From: Syncephalis fuscata S228
Lineage: Eukaryota; Fungi; Zoopagomycota
DNA: 64,000 bases
Assembly: GCA_025786725.1 (NCBI GenBank)
Contig: JAHLTZ010000004.1
Coordinates: 310,001-374,000 of the forward strand
Direction of reading: 5' to 3'
In this document: positions 1 to 13,311 of the stretch, piece by piece
How positions within the stretch are numbered: position 1 is the stretch's first letter
Layout of the letters: every line of letters starts with the position of its first letter
The notes under the pieces: model-generated
What the model saw: the letters and a program-made list of their open reading frames with translations, nothing else
What the model was told of the DNA's origin: nothing
The model's database searches: none
Position numbers and translations under genes: made by a program

Positions 1-2304
1 ATCAACGAAAACGCCGTCCACCCCACCCACCACCTGTAATATCGCCCATTCCTATTGATTCTTTATCAGTGGGGGAAACAAATGGTAAACCAATGCAGTC
101 GCCCTTGCTTTCACCGGCTACACGATCAGTAGCTTCTACGTCAAAAGTGGGTACATCAGGACGAAATCGACGTCGAGTACGCTCATCGAATGCATCGCAA
201 AATGAAGAAATGGGTCAGCTATTTCAAAGTATGCATCGACGAGTACATCGCGAAAGCAATGCCAGTTCCATTGTTACTACTGAGTCGCGCGATCGATTGG
301 CATTATATTCGGATGAGCTTGAAATTATTGCTAATTACGTAAGTTTGTCTACAGTTTATTAAATACTATGGCTGACTATTCGCTATTGATCTATAGCAAT
401 TGGGCAATTGTATTGGCAAAGGCCAATTTGGTTCTGTTTATCGGTAAGCTATTGGGCGGTTTACACTGAACATTATAACTTATTGTGAATAGAGCGTTAA
501 ATCTAGAGACTGGTCAAATGGTGGCAATTAAACGTGTCTATATATTGGATAAAGATGAAAAGGAGGTTGAAAGCTTAATGGTAAATAATGATTACTGTAG
601 CGTCAATTGTATATGCTAATGCTGTAAATAGCAAGAAGTAGTTTTACTTGAAAAGTTGACACATACAAATGTTGTTAAATATGAAGGATTCATTAAAGGC
701 GATGGCTTTCTAAACATTGTACTTGAGTAAGTAAATATGGACTGCAATTTTGATTTATTTTATTAATAGTATATTGCATAACAGATATATCGAAAATGGT
801 TCATTGTTAACAACACTTAAATCATTTGGAGCATTTCCGGAGAAATTGGTGGCTTCCTATACCGTAAAAATACTTGAAGGACTTGTCTATTTGCATGAAC
901 AAGATGTAGGTTCATTCAGTAATAAATATAATGATACCAGAATACAATAACCTAAACTGTTGATAGGTGGCACATTGCGATTTAAAAGCAGCCAATTTAC
1001 TAACTACAAAGGATGGCAACGTTAAATTATCAGATTTTGGCGTATCGCTTAACCTACAGTTAGTAGAATCAGAGATTGGTGAGATGATTGCTGGCACACC
1101 AAACTGGAGTAAGTTAACATATTTATCCAGTTATGATTATTAATGGCTATAATTATTAGTGGCACCCGAGGTGATTGAACTAAAGGGAGCATCAACTGCA
1201 TCGGATATTTGGTAAGTTTTATTTTATTTGTATAGACCAATTAGCTCATTTGCAACACTAAATACATAGGAGTCTGGGCTGTACTATTGTCGAGTTACTG
1301 ACTGTAAAGCCGCCTTATTGGGGTCTTTTACCCATGACAACACTATTCCGTATTGTAGAAGATGATTGTCCGCCACTGCCGGAGAATTTATCACCAGATT
1401 TATATGATTTCCTATTACATTGTTTCCGCAAGGAACCAGAGAATCGGCCTACAGCCAAGGATTTACTAGAGTTTCCTTGGCTACGTGATCATGTAAATTC
1501 TCGAGTAAGTTGATGAATTGAATGACCAATAGTAATACTAATATCATCTTACTTTACAGCCTAAAGAAGCGCCAAATTCTGCTCGATCACATAAGACATT
1601 GAATCAAGATACAAGCCTGCAACATTCAACCTATACTCCAAATACTACGCCTATACCTTCTTGTGATGTATCAGATGGTAGTCTTAGCACCTCGGTTTCA
1701 CGACGTGTAAGTTGATGCTATCCGCTGTACTATATCATGCTAACTATAGACAATAGACTGACTGTCAACATGCATTTGTCAAGGGTACCTTTTCTCGACG
1801 TAAGTCATATGATAAACTAATGATTCATGCAGTGTACTCAATCTAAAATTTTATTAATAGCTATGACATGTCGTATTTGCATGCTGACACTAAAGAAAAA
1901 AGGATATATTTGTGACGGTAAGTAATCAATTGATTTTTTAGTTAGTCACTTTAATAATAATAATAATTAAACAGAATGTGGACTTGTTTGTCATCGAGAA
2001 TGTGCCCAAGCATGGATAACTCGATCACGTGGCATGGAACCAACAAATGGTAATCATGTAATGGTAGGTGGAATAATATAAAATGATTATTATCTACAAA
2101 ATAATTGACTATGGATACTAGACCAATATGGTGGCAAATATGTCACGGGAGACAACGACTAGTGTCACAAATTTAGAAGAGCAAGAGGCCGGCGATGCTT
2201 CAGTTCTTATATCTGCCAGCTGCTTCCCTCCTCGTCATAAGCGATCGCCTTTTACACGGCGTAGGAAAAAGTCTGAACAAGATGATGATTGCAAAATTAG
2301 CTAG
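1..2304 (+). CDS. STE11/Cdc15(SepH)-like Ser/Thr kinase with C-terminal C1 domain and CaaX tail; 5' end lies outside window; multi-exon
   Basis: Spliced exons give NY|[16 protein letters not shown]|[35 protein letters not shown]|MAPE, SDIWSLGC and RPTAKDLL. C1 motif [13 protein letters not shown]...KGYICD|[11 protein letters not shown]. Last exon 2122-2304 ends [15 protein letters not shown]. Confidence 0.88.
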
Positions 2305-3154
2305 TTTTATTATGGCGGCAAGACTAATGAAGATAATGGCCACGACGACAATGACTATTTTATTATTATTATTCTTACTATTCTTCTGCAATCATGAACA
2401 TTATTTTAATTCTGTATTCTTTTATCATTTGCCTAGCTCACAGTTTACAATATAACCAAAAGAGCTTTTTTATCTAATTAATACACGCAGCTTATAATAT
2501 GAATTTAGTGCTAAAATATGCATTATAATACTATTTAAGTAAAATAAGACATAGATTATGATAATTGACTATTATACTAATTCAATAAGTAATTATAGTA
2601 AATCGGTTTAATTATTAGTCATAAGCTATTATGTACTGTCTCTTCTTCTACGTCACAATAGCTGTATAATAACGTTAAACGACACACAATAGAACCAAAT
2701 ATATTGTTACTGTTGCAAAATAATAAGCAGAGTTAAAAATAATTTGCAATTTTAAAATTATCTGTAATATTAAACACTTAATTTATAATATTAACAATAT
2801 TACCTATGGCCAAGCAATACAATTAGTATACTTGAGTGTAGAAAATAGGTGTTAGATAACAATGTGTGTGGCACTTGCTATAAAAATAACATAGCAGTTT
2901 AATGGTCAATGATCTAATAAAATACGGTGTCCATTATTATTTAAAAAAAGGAGCTATTGTACTTTGACTCTTATATTTTTATCTATTCGTTTCATTCCTT
3001 CACTTTAAATACAATTAAACATTCATTCATCACTATAACATGTATAATATTGCATCCGACATTAATTAATTCATGTGTAATTATCAGTATAATATGTAAT
3101 TAATTAGTTATTTTTATTATTGCTTTAATATACATATATATTGTCATTTATAAT

Positions 3155-3495
3155 ATTGATTGTTCAAAATGCCATTTATTTAGTCAGATTGGCTACAGGA
3201 AAAGTGGCTGTTTAATAAACAACATTTATACTAATTATATTAATATTAATTTTACATCACAAATATGCCCAAAATGCAACAGTAGAATATTAGAAAATAG
3301 AAGAGACCATTCAGATGCAATAACAACAACTGCGGGATGACATGGAATTGCAATCATATGGCTTCTATTAATATTTGATCAATCTTTCTACACGTGACCA
3401 ACAACAACAATGACGACTCAAATGTTTCAAAGAAATCAAATAATATGTTACATTGTTTATTTAAATCAATTCATTAACATTTTAATAAAAAGTAA
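3155..3495 (+). mobile_element. Decayed 3' fragment of a Fanzor/TnpB-like gene (lineage A, copy 1)
   Basis: Translates, with a frame change, as TSQICPKCNSRILENRRDH / CNNNNCGMTWNCNHMASINI*SIFLHVTNNNN: zinc finger plus RuvC-III (WNRD..ASINI). Similar to 8668-8955, 50210-50352 and the reverse complement of 50451-50768. Confidence 0.72.
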
Positions 3496-4294
3496 ATGCC
3501 AGCCGTCAATTTAACAAATATTGCAGCACTAGCGCCAAAGTCTTGGCTTCATTATTAACAAGTATTGATTCGACGTCATTCTGCTTGGTTAATGCTTCTT
3601 CAGTATATATATATATATTGCGAATGAATAAATACTGCAAGTTCCATAGTGAGACTTTTACAGAATTCAAATAGTATAATTTAGTCGTTTTAAATGAGTA
3701 GTTGCTTATTGCTATTTTGCTATCACAAGTCTATAATTTGTCATTGTTATTTGGCTAATCTAATTTGTAATTGCTTCGGCATGTAGTCGGGTATTTTTCT
3801 ACCTCCAATTTATTTATACATGCCAAAAATAGTAACATTTAAGTAAATATCGGGTAACTTACAATGGCAATCCAATCATAATACCGCTGTTACTGTTTTG
3901 ATATTCCGGACAAGATATTGTAAAAGGGTAATTAAAAGATATACCATGTGATTGATCACAAAAGCGATATACCTGTCGGTATTAGCACGAATTATTAGCA
4001 CGAATGCCTATTACAAAAATATGCTGGTGAACTAACATGCTGCGTTAATGGTGAAATACTACAAAGCATTCGAATTCTATTATCAAATCAGTACAACTAA
4101 TATATGTATGCTGAGCGTTAAGGTAAGCGTTACTATACATAAGAAACTAACGTTATAGAATAACGCCAGATAAGATGTTGTTTGGTTATCCAAGTCACGG
4201 GTTTTAAGCTAAAATCGTAGCAATGGTATTATAAAGCTTATTACTGATTATATTACAAATGATATTACTACATTATCAAATGTAAAATTAAATA

Positions 4295-4506
4295 TGTACA
4301 AGTAAAAGTATCAAGTACATATTTAATTATTTAATATACACTAACAAGCGTAATAGCTCAACAGATGCTATCATTTCTTATAACAATAGCTCAGATTAGC
4401 AGATTTATAACAAAAGCTGTAACTGTATAAATTCTGATAAAAGCTAAAATGAATTGGATTACAAAAAGGCATATTTATTGTTAGTTGAGTAGCAGTATTA
4501 TGTATT
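4295..4506 (+). repeat. Dispersed AT-rich repeat family B, copy 1
   Basis: Matches 17275-17360 and 17524-17646, e.g. TATTTAATTATTTAATATACACTAACA and AAAAAGGCATATTTAT. Confidence 0.75.
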
Positions 4507-4924
4507 AGATATAACCAACTGTAGCTTATTAATATTTGCAAGAAAAGTTTTATTTTTGACTAACTATCAAAAAAGTACAATATATCTAATAGTATGGCAC
4601 AAACTAAATAATGTATGTAGCAGGAAATCAATGGCATCTGTTACAGTTAAGAAATAAATTAGATGGACAGTCGGCCATCATGTCTATTTGCTGTCATAAA
4701 GCATCCTGTAACGATAATTGAACAATCTTTAATGATCATCAGTAAAGATTAACACGATATTTACAAAGTGGTTATTGATACGCTAAATTTAAAATATCGA
4801 ATATAACATTTACAGCTAATTAGCTTGGATTTTTGTTTAATAATAAAAGCAGATTTTAGCAATGTTGAATACTGATTTATTTTAGTTCAACGCTCTATTT
4901 GTGTATTACTATGCGATTGTATGT

Positions 4925-6887
4925 CTACAACTTACAAGTGGGTGGTAAGCTGGTGCTTGGTATTCTAAAAATAAATTTACTAATAGTACCATAGCCGAGA
5001 CCTCGTTTGGCAAATCCGCGCCAGATTTCACAGGCATGTTTACCGCCGGTCAATTGTTTTTCGCTTGAATCATGGCATCTCGAGCTTGAACGAAAGTTGG
5101 ATTACATGGCTGTAATTTCAGGCCATCAACGACAATTTGAAGTAAAAGAGTGTTGCCTTTGGTAAGATCAGGAGTGTATATGTTTTCTTGGAATCCAAGC
5201 TTATTAACAAGATTCCAATAGACTCATATAGCATTACGGCCCAGTTTTCACCAATATCGTGTGGTTCAAACTTTTGTCCGAATTTGTTTAAATCATTAAA
5301 CAATTTTGGATTTGTGGTCAGGCTAGTTGAGTATGGGTACTTACGAATATTTCTACCAATAACGTATTTGCCCATTTCAACATTTTTGGTGGACTTATCA
5401 GATGGTTTCATCTCAAGCCAGTAAGCAAAGAAGTCGCTCCAACCTTCGGCCATGCCGCTAGCTTCGGCACCTGATAAGCAGCCGGATTTTCCACTGCCAC
5501 CGGTTAGTCGACCAGATATACCATGGCCATATTCGTGCGAAATAATATCATTTTCAAAATCTCCGTCGCGGCCTGGTTTTATCTCGTCAAAGCCAAACAT
5601 TGCCATTGTTGGTCGTTCACCATCAACTGTCTCGGTAAAGAATGCATTGCCACGATAGCCTGGAGAATTATAGCCTTGCAATGCTTGAGCAGCCACAGCA
5701 TCGCCGCCCCTACCACCTTTGTTGCCATTATCTTCTTGGAAGTTGCCAGCAGCTTCATTGAAACCATATTTATAGAAAATATCGTGTATACTGTTAGCAA
5801 CGTAGAACAGGTTGGTAACAGCTGCGTTGGCATTGTCCCTTGGTGATTTCTTAGCGTCGTATGGAAAGTTAAAATCTAAACCACTTCCACCATCTGGACG
5901 GGGATTGTTTTTCCAATTATTTTCGCTATCATCAACCACATCTCCTATTCTGCTTCTGACATTGTAGTTGGCCTGAGCAAATACATTGTTACCAACTGTA
6001 GTGGTGAATTCTTTGCTTCCCTGTGTGTGCCAGCCATTTGGTGATGCAATCTTGTCGGCTGGATCCGTGACAATCTGGCGTGGTGTATCGATAGGATTAT
6101 TGTCGCCGATTTTAACAACATTGTAACTAGCAAACTTCACCAAATCTTTTAATGCAAGTATTTTGGTGCCATCGGCCGATACATGGACCAAGAAATGGTT
6201 AAGCGGCATCTTGACTGTAAACTCCCAAGCGGGTTCCACTTCACTGGCACTTATTTGGATGTATGATTGTGACACTTTTACTGCAGACGTGGCAAAGTCA
6301 ACATTTTTGAGCAGATATGACTGGCCATTGCCTGCAGATTTGGCCTGTGGTACAGTTTGGACCTTGCTGGCATCGAATTGCTGTTTGATGTGCGCGGCAA
6401 GTTTACCCAATGCATCAGCAGGAGAAACAAATCCGGTAGTCTGGCTATCCCATGTTTTGAGTGGTTGAGCTACAAACTGGTTAGCTTTGTTGGTCTTGAA
6501 GAAGCTGTCGTCGTAGGCAATAATCTTGTTTGCTCTGTCGACGTGAACACCCACAACACCATTCGAAACGTTAATGTCTTTGATGGTTTGTTGAAGATAG
6601 ACATGAGTGGTACCGCTGGTCTCGGACTTGTGCGAGTTGGTCAAAATAAAGTCGCCATTCTTGATATGGAGCTGGGAACGAACAAATTCAAGCGCGGCTT
6701 CTTGTGCACTTTGAGGTGCGAATGACGCCGGTGGCTTGTAGCTGCTTAGATCGGGCGACAAATCGCGGACTGCAGAAGCGACGTTAATCTTGGGAATGAT
6801 AGAGTCAATCTCGATTCGCTGGTTGTCGCAAGAAACGGCGCCGACAGATGCCAGGATCAGCGAGGCAATAAGTAGGTTGATATGCAT
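4925..6887 (-). CDS. Secreted fungalysin (peptidase M36) with FTP propeptide; intronless; two apparent 1-nt deletions near the 3' end
   Basis: Signal peptide [20 protein letters not shown]; propeptide TTHVYLQQ; [30 protein letters not shown] and GMAEGWSD. Frameshifts at ~5223 and ~5062 restore [39 protein letters not shown]. Confidence 0.95.
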
Positions 6888-7083
6888 GTTGATGATGGAA
6901 AGCGAAGAGTTGTGACGCAAATTGATCAGATAAAATAAAGGCTGCTTAAAACCAGTGAGTTCAAAGACAGCGTAATCGTAAGTTGGGTTGTCGTAAGTGG
7001 ATCACGTAATTGTTAAGGTGTTGAACGTAAAATTGATGGCGTGTAGCTATAATGCTTTACAAAAATACTTCAACAAGCATGGC

Positions 7084-7090
7084 TTTTATA
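7084..7090 (-). promoter_or_regulatory. Candidate TATA box of the fungalysin gene
   Basis: TATAAAA on the minus strand about 200 nt upstream of the ATG. Confidence 0.4.
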
Positions 7091-7447
7091 ATAAACGCCA
7101 GATCTGTGCAATGAAATCTGAGCCTGTAACACAATAAAACAGTCACACATTAACGATGAATTGACACTGAATATTCGTATAACCAATTGTTAACCTGTAC
7201 AAGCACTCTGCTATACACAACTTACCGGTATTAGCTAATTCATATCCCAGAATATGTGTATTAGATTAATAAGGCCTCGAATTAAACGGGCTTACGGCAA
7301 GTAATTATACGGCACAGTAGAGTATTTGATATTTTCTATTCTTTGTTTAATATATGACATACAAATAAACAAATAAAAATAGATATCCAGTTATGAATAC
7401 CATGGTATTAGATTTGTTTGAAATCTTGGAGCCCAATCGGATGTTTC

Positions 7448-7562
7448 GGCATTTCAAAGTTCCTTGTTGCGAGCACTTAAGATTTTCTACCGCAAGCACT
7501 TTAAGGTTCCTTCTCGTAAGTACTTTGAGGTTTTTTATCGCAAGCACCTTAAGGTTTCTTTG
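7448..7562. repeat. Minisatellite, about 24-bp unit x5
   Basis: Units resembling CAAGCACTTTAAGGTTCCTTCTCG repeated in tandem. Confidence 0.8.
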
Positions 7563-8667
7563 CTGCAATTGTTACCAGTAAATAGTCAATTATACCAGCA
7601 ATATAGGCCTGAAATGAAACTTAACATAGAAGGCTGTAGCAAATTCAATACCAGACTGTTTGAAATTTCAAAGCACATTTTAGCGAATGATCATCTTTAA
7701 CAATCAGCTACTCCACATTTGAATAAACGGCAAACCACCGGACAGTTTTGAATTCAAACGTGGTTTATTTGTACCAAGATTTACACAAACAGATTATTAG
7801 TGATGCTTGAGTTGTGGATACAATAATATTATTAATTTGCAGTTGCATACTGCGTAATTTAAATACGTATTAAAATTGATATTTCATGTGCACTAGAAGT
7901 ACAACTGGCACTTTTTAAAATTGATATATGTATTTTAACTAAAACAATTTTGACAATTAAGCTAGCAAACTAGAATAAGAATAAAACAACGGTCTACATT
8001 ATTGTTCAATGCACTGAGATACATATAAGTATATGTTATAATGAATCCACAGATGAGTGTCGATCGGTGTATATGTACATAAACCGGTCGATTACTCAGA
8101 GTATTTGTTAAACCAGTTAAATTTACTGAATTGTAACACGAAAGTGTAATACTACAAAAAATGTCTACAATTTTACTAGTTAACCAATTTAATGGCTGTA
8201 GCACTGTAATCACCACTGTGGTCTTGACTTGCAGTAGGTCGTGCTTTACTTAATAATATGACGATCTGCTTTCTGTTGATACGGGCAATGCAATAATCAA
8301 ATATAATTTCTTACTCATGACCCATTTCAATATCTGCTATAGAGTACCGCTAGTAATTATACTGATGCTGGATATTCAGCTGTAAGCTATGGCTCTAAAT
8401 TTTTATATATTATGTTATTGCCATATTGGGTAATTATTAACAATTAATTATTTCCCACACTAAAAAGTTAACTTTATACATTTTTTTTACAACTGCATGA
8501 GTTTAACGATAAAAGTGTGTCTTATTGCTCGACGTAAAAAATTAAGATACTTGTCTAGCAAACACTTGCCATAAATACATACATGATTTGCCCATTTTAT
8601 AATAAAGTATTGGTCTTTGCTCTATTCTATTCTATTAATTAGTTGGTTGTCTTATTCATGACAGTGA

Positions 8668-8955
8668 TATTAATTGTTCAAAATGTCATTTACTTAGTTG
8701 AATTGGCTATAGTGGAAGTGGCTGTTTAATAAACAACATTTATACTAATTATATTAATATTAATCTTACATCACAAATATGCCCAAAATGCAATAGTAGA
8801 ATATTAGAAAATAGAAGAGACCATTCAGATGCAATAACAACAACTGCGGGATGACATGGAATTACAATCATATGGCTTCTATTAATATTCGATTAATCTT
8901 TCTACATATAGCCAACAACAATAATAATCGGCTTCGTAAATTTCAAAGTAGTCAA
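8668..8955 (+). mobile_element. Decayed 3' fragment of a Fanzor/TnpB-like gene (lineage A, copy 2)
   Basis: Close direct copy of 3155-3440; reads LTSQICPKCNSRILENRRDH / CNNNNCGMTWNYNHMASINIRLIFLHIANNNNNR. Confidence 0.72.
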
Positions 8956-9252
8956 ATGAAGATATTATAACTATGTTGCGCATAACAGCATGACTCTTAT
9001 TGAAACGAATTTTGCTTTGAAAACTCCAAATGTGAGAGTCAAAGTACAATTCAATTAAACTCACTACTAATATCATTACTGAAATATGCCATTGTTTATT
9101 TACGCTTAATATTTAATAAATTTTATTCATAAATGTTTAATTTTAAGTAAATTAATGTAATAATCATCTAAATTGTATCTATTCTGTATAATAGCAGCTT
9201 GGTAAGCAGAAATAATTAAATAATAGTGAGCCCAATTCATATAAAAAACCTT

Positions 9253-10193
9253 TTATAATGAATTGGAAGCATACACTGTTATTTGATTCTGGCGATATGT
9301 AAAAACAATTGGGTAATTGCCTAAATATCCATCAATTGTAAACTCAACATTTGATTCAAATGAACCAGAGGACGACTGTGCTATTGCTTTTATAGCACTT
9401 ATGCTAAGCTTTACAAGAAGTGAGAAGACTGGCGTTGGTGTTACGGCATTTGCACAAAATATGAGCATCTTATCCTCTTTGTATGTTTCATCAATTGTAC
9501 CCAACAGTGTGTTCCCGGGATAAAGGAGTAGATTGGCATGTAAGTGTCGTACTTTAATATCAGCACTAATTGGGACCGCGATATTTGTTTGTGCTTTAGA
9601 TCTTCCTGTGCTAATGACGGTAAATAGGCTTAATGCATAGCGTGGATTTGCTATAATTGGTTTACCCAATTGCGGAATTAAAACGACTGATTGTGCCTCA
9701 CCCAAATGCCGTGCTAGTAGCTCAGCATCAGGGCCTTTTCCCTTCATGGTTATTGGATACTCGACGTTATTAATAAAGCTTTCAAATAAGTTACGTCCGA
9801 CTTTTATTCCTGCTGCAGTTCTTTCAGGCCGAAAGTAGAGCTTGCCATGCAGCATGTTGGGACCAGGCTCAAAACAAACATTATCTCACCAATACATTCG
9901 CCGATTAGTTTGTTTTCAGCGTGTATATCAAATGCAAGTTTACTGATAGTGCAAGCGCTTTTAATTGATTGTTAAGCGTGCCAGAAACTGAAAATATGAT
10001 AGCTTCATCTGTCGTGTCATGCACTTGAAACTCGTGTAATACAATGGATTGGCTTGTAGATATGGCTACAGACGAGCTGTATAGCGTCGTAGTAGTGGCT
10101 GTAAAGTCCGATTTTTCACCATTATTGGTTGTGTCAACAGTGATAGCAGTAGTAGCCATAATAGCTAATGGTATCAGAGCAGAAATGCAGCGC
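9253..10193 (-). CDS. Probable secreted DUF3712/Tag1-like beta-sandwich protein; two apparent 1-nt deletions; true start uncertain
   Basis: Hydrophobic N-terminus CISALIPLAIMATTA. ORFs 9905-10159 and 9253-9855 join via frameshifts (~9948, ~9886) as KLAFDIHAENKLIGECIG.DNVCFEPGPNMLHG, resembling the IG...N..L.PG.N pattern of this family. Ends TIDGYLGNYPIVFTYRQ. Confidence 0.5.
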
Positions 10194-10303
10194 TAATAAA
10201 CGAAACTGTAGCAACAAAAGGAGAAGCGAAGGACTAAGGCGATAAATCGATATTGCTGTAGGGTGTGTTATTTTAAACGTTTTATTGATATGTATACATG
10301 TAT

Positions 10304-10305
<2 letters not shown>

Positions 10306-10337
<32 letters not shown>
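10306..10337. repeat. (GT)16 microsatellite
   Basis: Direct reading. Confidence 0.95.
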
Positions 10338-10343
<6 letters not shown>

Positions 10344-11271
10344 ACACTCAGCATGCCAATAAGGCTGTCACGCGTGCCAAACTGGTAATTCTCAATCAAC
10401 ATCGTCCAAACTTGTTAAATAAATGCTACAGCTAGTTGATAGTCCGGTTATTTACCATGTGTCATTACTAGAATGGTGGTGTTATGACGATTAGAATAAT
10501 GCGTATAATCCACATACCTTGTAATTATATCACCTGGTGCACAAGTGATAGAGGAAACTAATAATATTAAACTGCGCTTCTATATGATTATTCTCATCAG
10601 GGGCCCACCCTGGCCATCCACATGGTTATAGTTCATACCGATAATAATTTTAACCAGATAACAAATAATATGCTTTATTGAAACCAATATTTTATCTTAA
10701 CATCCTAACGTTTATTGTGCTTATTTAAAGCGTTTAAATTGCTCTTTATTAATTCTAAGTAGCAAATGTGCAACAGTAGAGAAATTAACTGCAGCCATAT
10801 AATGAATTAGTTTGCTACGTTTTTGCTGCATAAGACGTGCAATGCACTACTAAGAAGTGCGTAAGCTTAATGAAAAGACGTAATTAGCTATCAAATACTG
10901 ATGGCTTGTTAGTAGCTTTTAGTAATCATAAAAATAGCATGATGCCACACATGTTATCCTTTAATAATAATAATACTAAATTGTCTTTATGCTTTACTGG
11001 GGTTGAAGCGGAGGCCTTATTAATTAGGTGTTGCATGCTCGTATATTTATCTTGGCGTTAAACCACGTGCCCACTAAACCACACGATAAACTGCTATTTA
11101 GCCTAAAGATGATTCAAGGCTACAACAAATGGATCTATCAATGTCTCAACTAGATTTGCTTAATGTGAAACGATGTCTTTGATTATCGCTCTTAAAATAC
11201 AATGACGCGTATTCACCCACTCGCAGGTCCATTCTTCTTTGTACACCTCCATTCTTTTGACATTTGTAGCC

Positions 11272-12404
11272 ATGACTAAGAATCAATTGTTAAAACAACT
11301 TAACGACGCCCTACTCAATAGTGATAACGAGTTGGTTCGTTTGACGCTTGCCGACAATCCTTCACTGGCCAAGACGAAAGACGAGGTCAATAACATGTGC
11401 CAAGTTAGCAAATATTATTATAATTAATCGTTTATTATTGTTATTATTATTATTATAGGACCAACGTATTCCATTGCACTGGGCAGGTAATGAACTAATA
11501 TCAGGCTATTTAACATATTAAACAATCAAATAGCATCTTCTGGTCAAGAAGAAGCTGTACGTTTATTGTTAGCGTTAGGCAGTGATGTTAATGCAGTGGA
11601 TGAGGTATATATATATATATATAATATGGATAATTATCCAGCTTAACTATATAAAACTTGATACTTTTTAGGACGGCTGGACGCCTTTGATTATAGCTGG
11701 TGAGTTATCATAGCAGTTTATTTTGCTAAACTAATCAAATTACATTTAGTTTCTGCTGGTCATAGGTCCATCGTTGATATTCTACTAAATGCTGGGCTGA
11801 TGTCAATGCTAAAACGGAGTCAGGAAATACAGCACTGTATGAGATTGATTATTAAACAAAGTAAATAAGCTAATTTAGCTACATTAGACACTATGCGGCT
11901 TCCAAGAACCGACCACAAGTAGGAATTAAGAATGACACATTATTGCTGCTGCTACTAACTAGCTAGTGATAATTAGTTGGGCCAGCTTTTGTTAAGTAAA
12001 GGTGCTAATCCAAAGCCACGTAATAATCAAGGACAAACACCGCTGTAAGTTCTATCGCTATGATAACATATTTATATTTACAATAAATTCAATAAAATAG
12101 TCATCGTGCAGCTGTACTTGGCAACACTTCATTCTGTGATCTATTGTTCAAACATGGCGTTGGTGCCAATTCACGCGATCAACTTGGCAATACACCATTG
12201 TAAATAGCATGTATACATTTAATCGACATTGAACTAATATTATATATATATAGACATCTGGCTTGCGAGGATAATCAACGCACAACTTGCCAATTATTAT
12301 TGGAAAATGGAGCTGATCTAGACGAAATAAATAACGAGCAAAAAACGCCATTGGATCTAGCTAATGACGAATTACGACCATTTATTCGTCGTTTTGCAGA
12401 ATAA
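11272..12404 (+). CDS. NAS6: Proteasome assembly chaperone Nas6/gankyrin (PSMD10), ankyrin repeats, about 9 exons
   Basis: DQRIPLHWA, DGWTPLIIA, GNTAL|HYAASKN, GQTPL|HRAAVLG, GNTPL|HLACED, KTPLDLA. One G is missing at 11794-11796 (NAGADVNAK). Confidence 0.88.
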
Positions 12405-12583
12405 ACCGACTGATACCCGATTCTTTCGTACTTATAAAGCGTGTACATGTAACTGTTTATAAACACACACACACTAGTAGTATGCTATCTTTGGTTGTGC
12501 AATACGTATAGTTAATTGGGTATTTATCAAAATAGTAGTAGCAATGGTGGCAATGATAGCAGTAATAGCACTATTGACAGCAG

Positions 12584-12984
12584 TTAAGTGCGACTGCCAC
12601 CGACCTGTTGAACCATAACATCGATTACATCGTCGTCCTCCATGTCAAGCTAGTTATGCGTGTCATTATATCGTAGCAATACTAAACAAAAAAGACACTT
12701 ACCTTAGAGGGCGTGTCATCTGGCTGAATACGTATACCATCGTAAAGAAAGCGTACCGAATCCGTTGACTTGCCTTGACGTTCGCAATAAGCGTTCATCA
12801 GTTTCTTAAGCTGCGTGGTTCTTTTGATCTTAAAAAAGACTTCGTTACGATCCTATAAACATAGCAGAATAAAGATTAGTTTCAAGCCTAGCAAGACTGG
12901 ACAGCTACTTACAACGCCTATGACCTTGAGATTGATATGGTCACCAGAGTCAGAATTGGGTTTCTTATCTTCTTGATCAGCCAT
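12584..12984 (-). CDS. SMT3: SUMO (Smt3), 3 exons
   Basis: [15 protein letters not shown]..|..[41 protein letters not shown]..|[21 protein letters not shown]. Confidence 0.97.
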
Positions 12985-13311
12985 GGTACAATCTTTGAGT
13001 GAGAGAAAGAGGGTAAGACTGTAGATAGTTTGCTTCCATGTATGCGTACTGATATAGATTTGTCACCATTCTAAAAGCACACACACAGAAATATGAGTTG
13101 TGTGGATCACACACACACACAGAGAGAGAGAGAGAGGACACAAAATGCCCACACACACACACGACGGCAACCGTCGTTGTTATTTAGACGTACGCGCGCA
13201 ATATCCATACATTGTTGCTGCTACTGCTGCTGCCGTCGTCATTACCGTCGTTGTCGTTATTGATCCATCCATCCATCCATCTACTTGTTTATCATTTTAA
13301 ACGTTTAAATT
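12985..13311. promoter_or_regulatory. Compact bidirectional promoter between SUMO and eIF3a, containing (CA)n(GA)n tracts
   Basis: Divergent ATGs about 330 nt apart; CA/GA microsatellites at about 13108-13163. Confidence 0.55.

Noticed and set aside
7448-7562. CRISPR-like array
   Set aside because: Units are adjacent with no unique spacers, the context is eukaryotic, and there are no cas genes.
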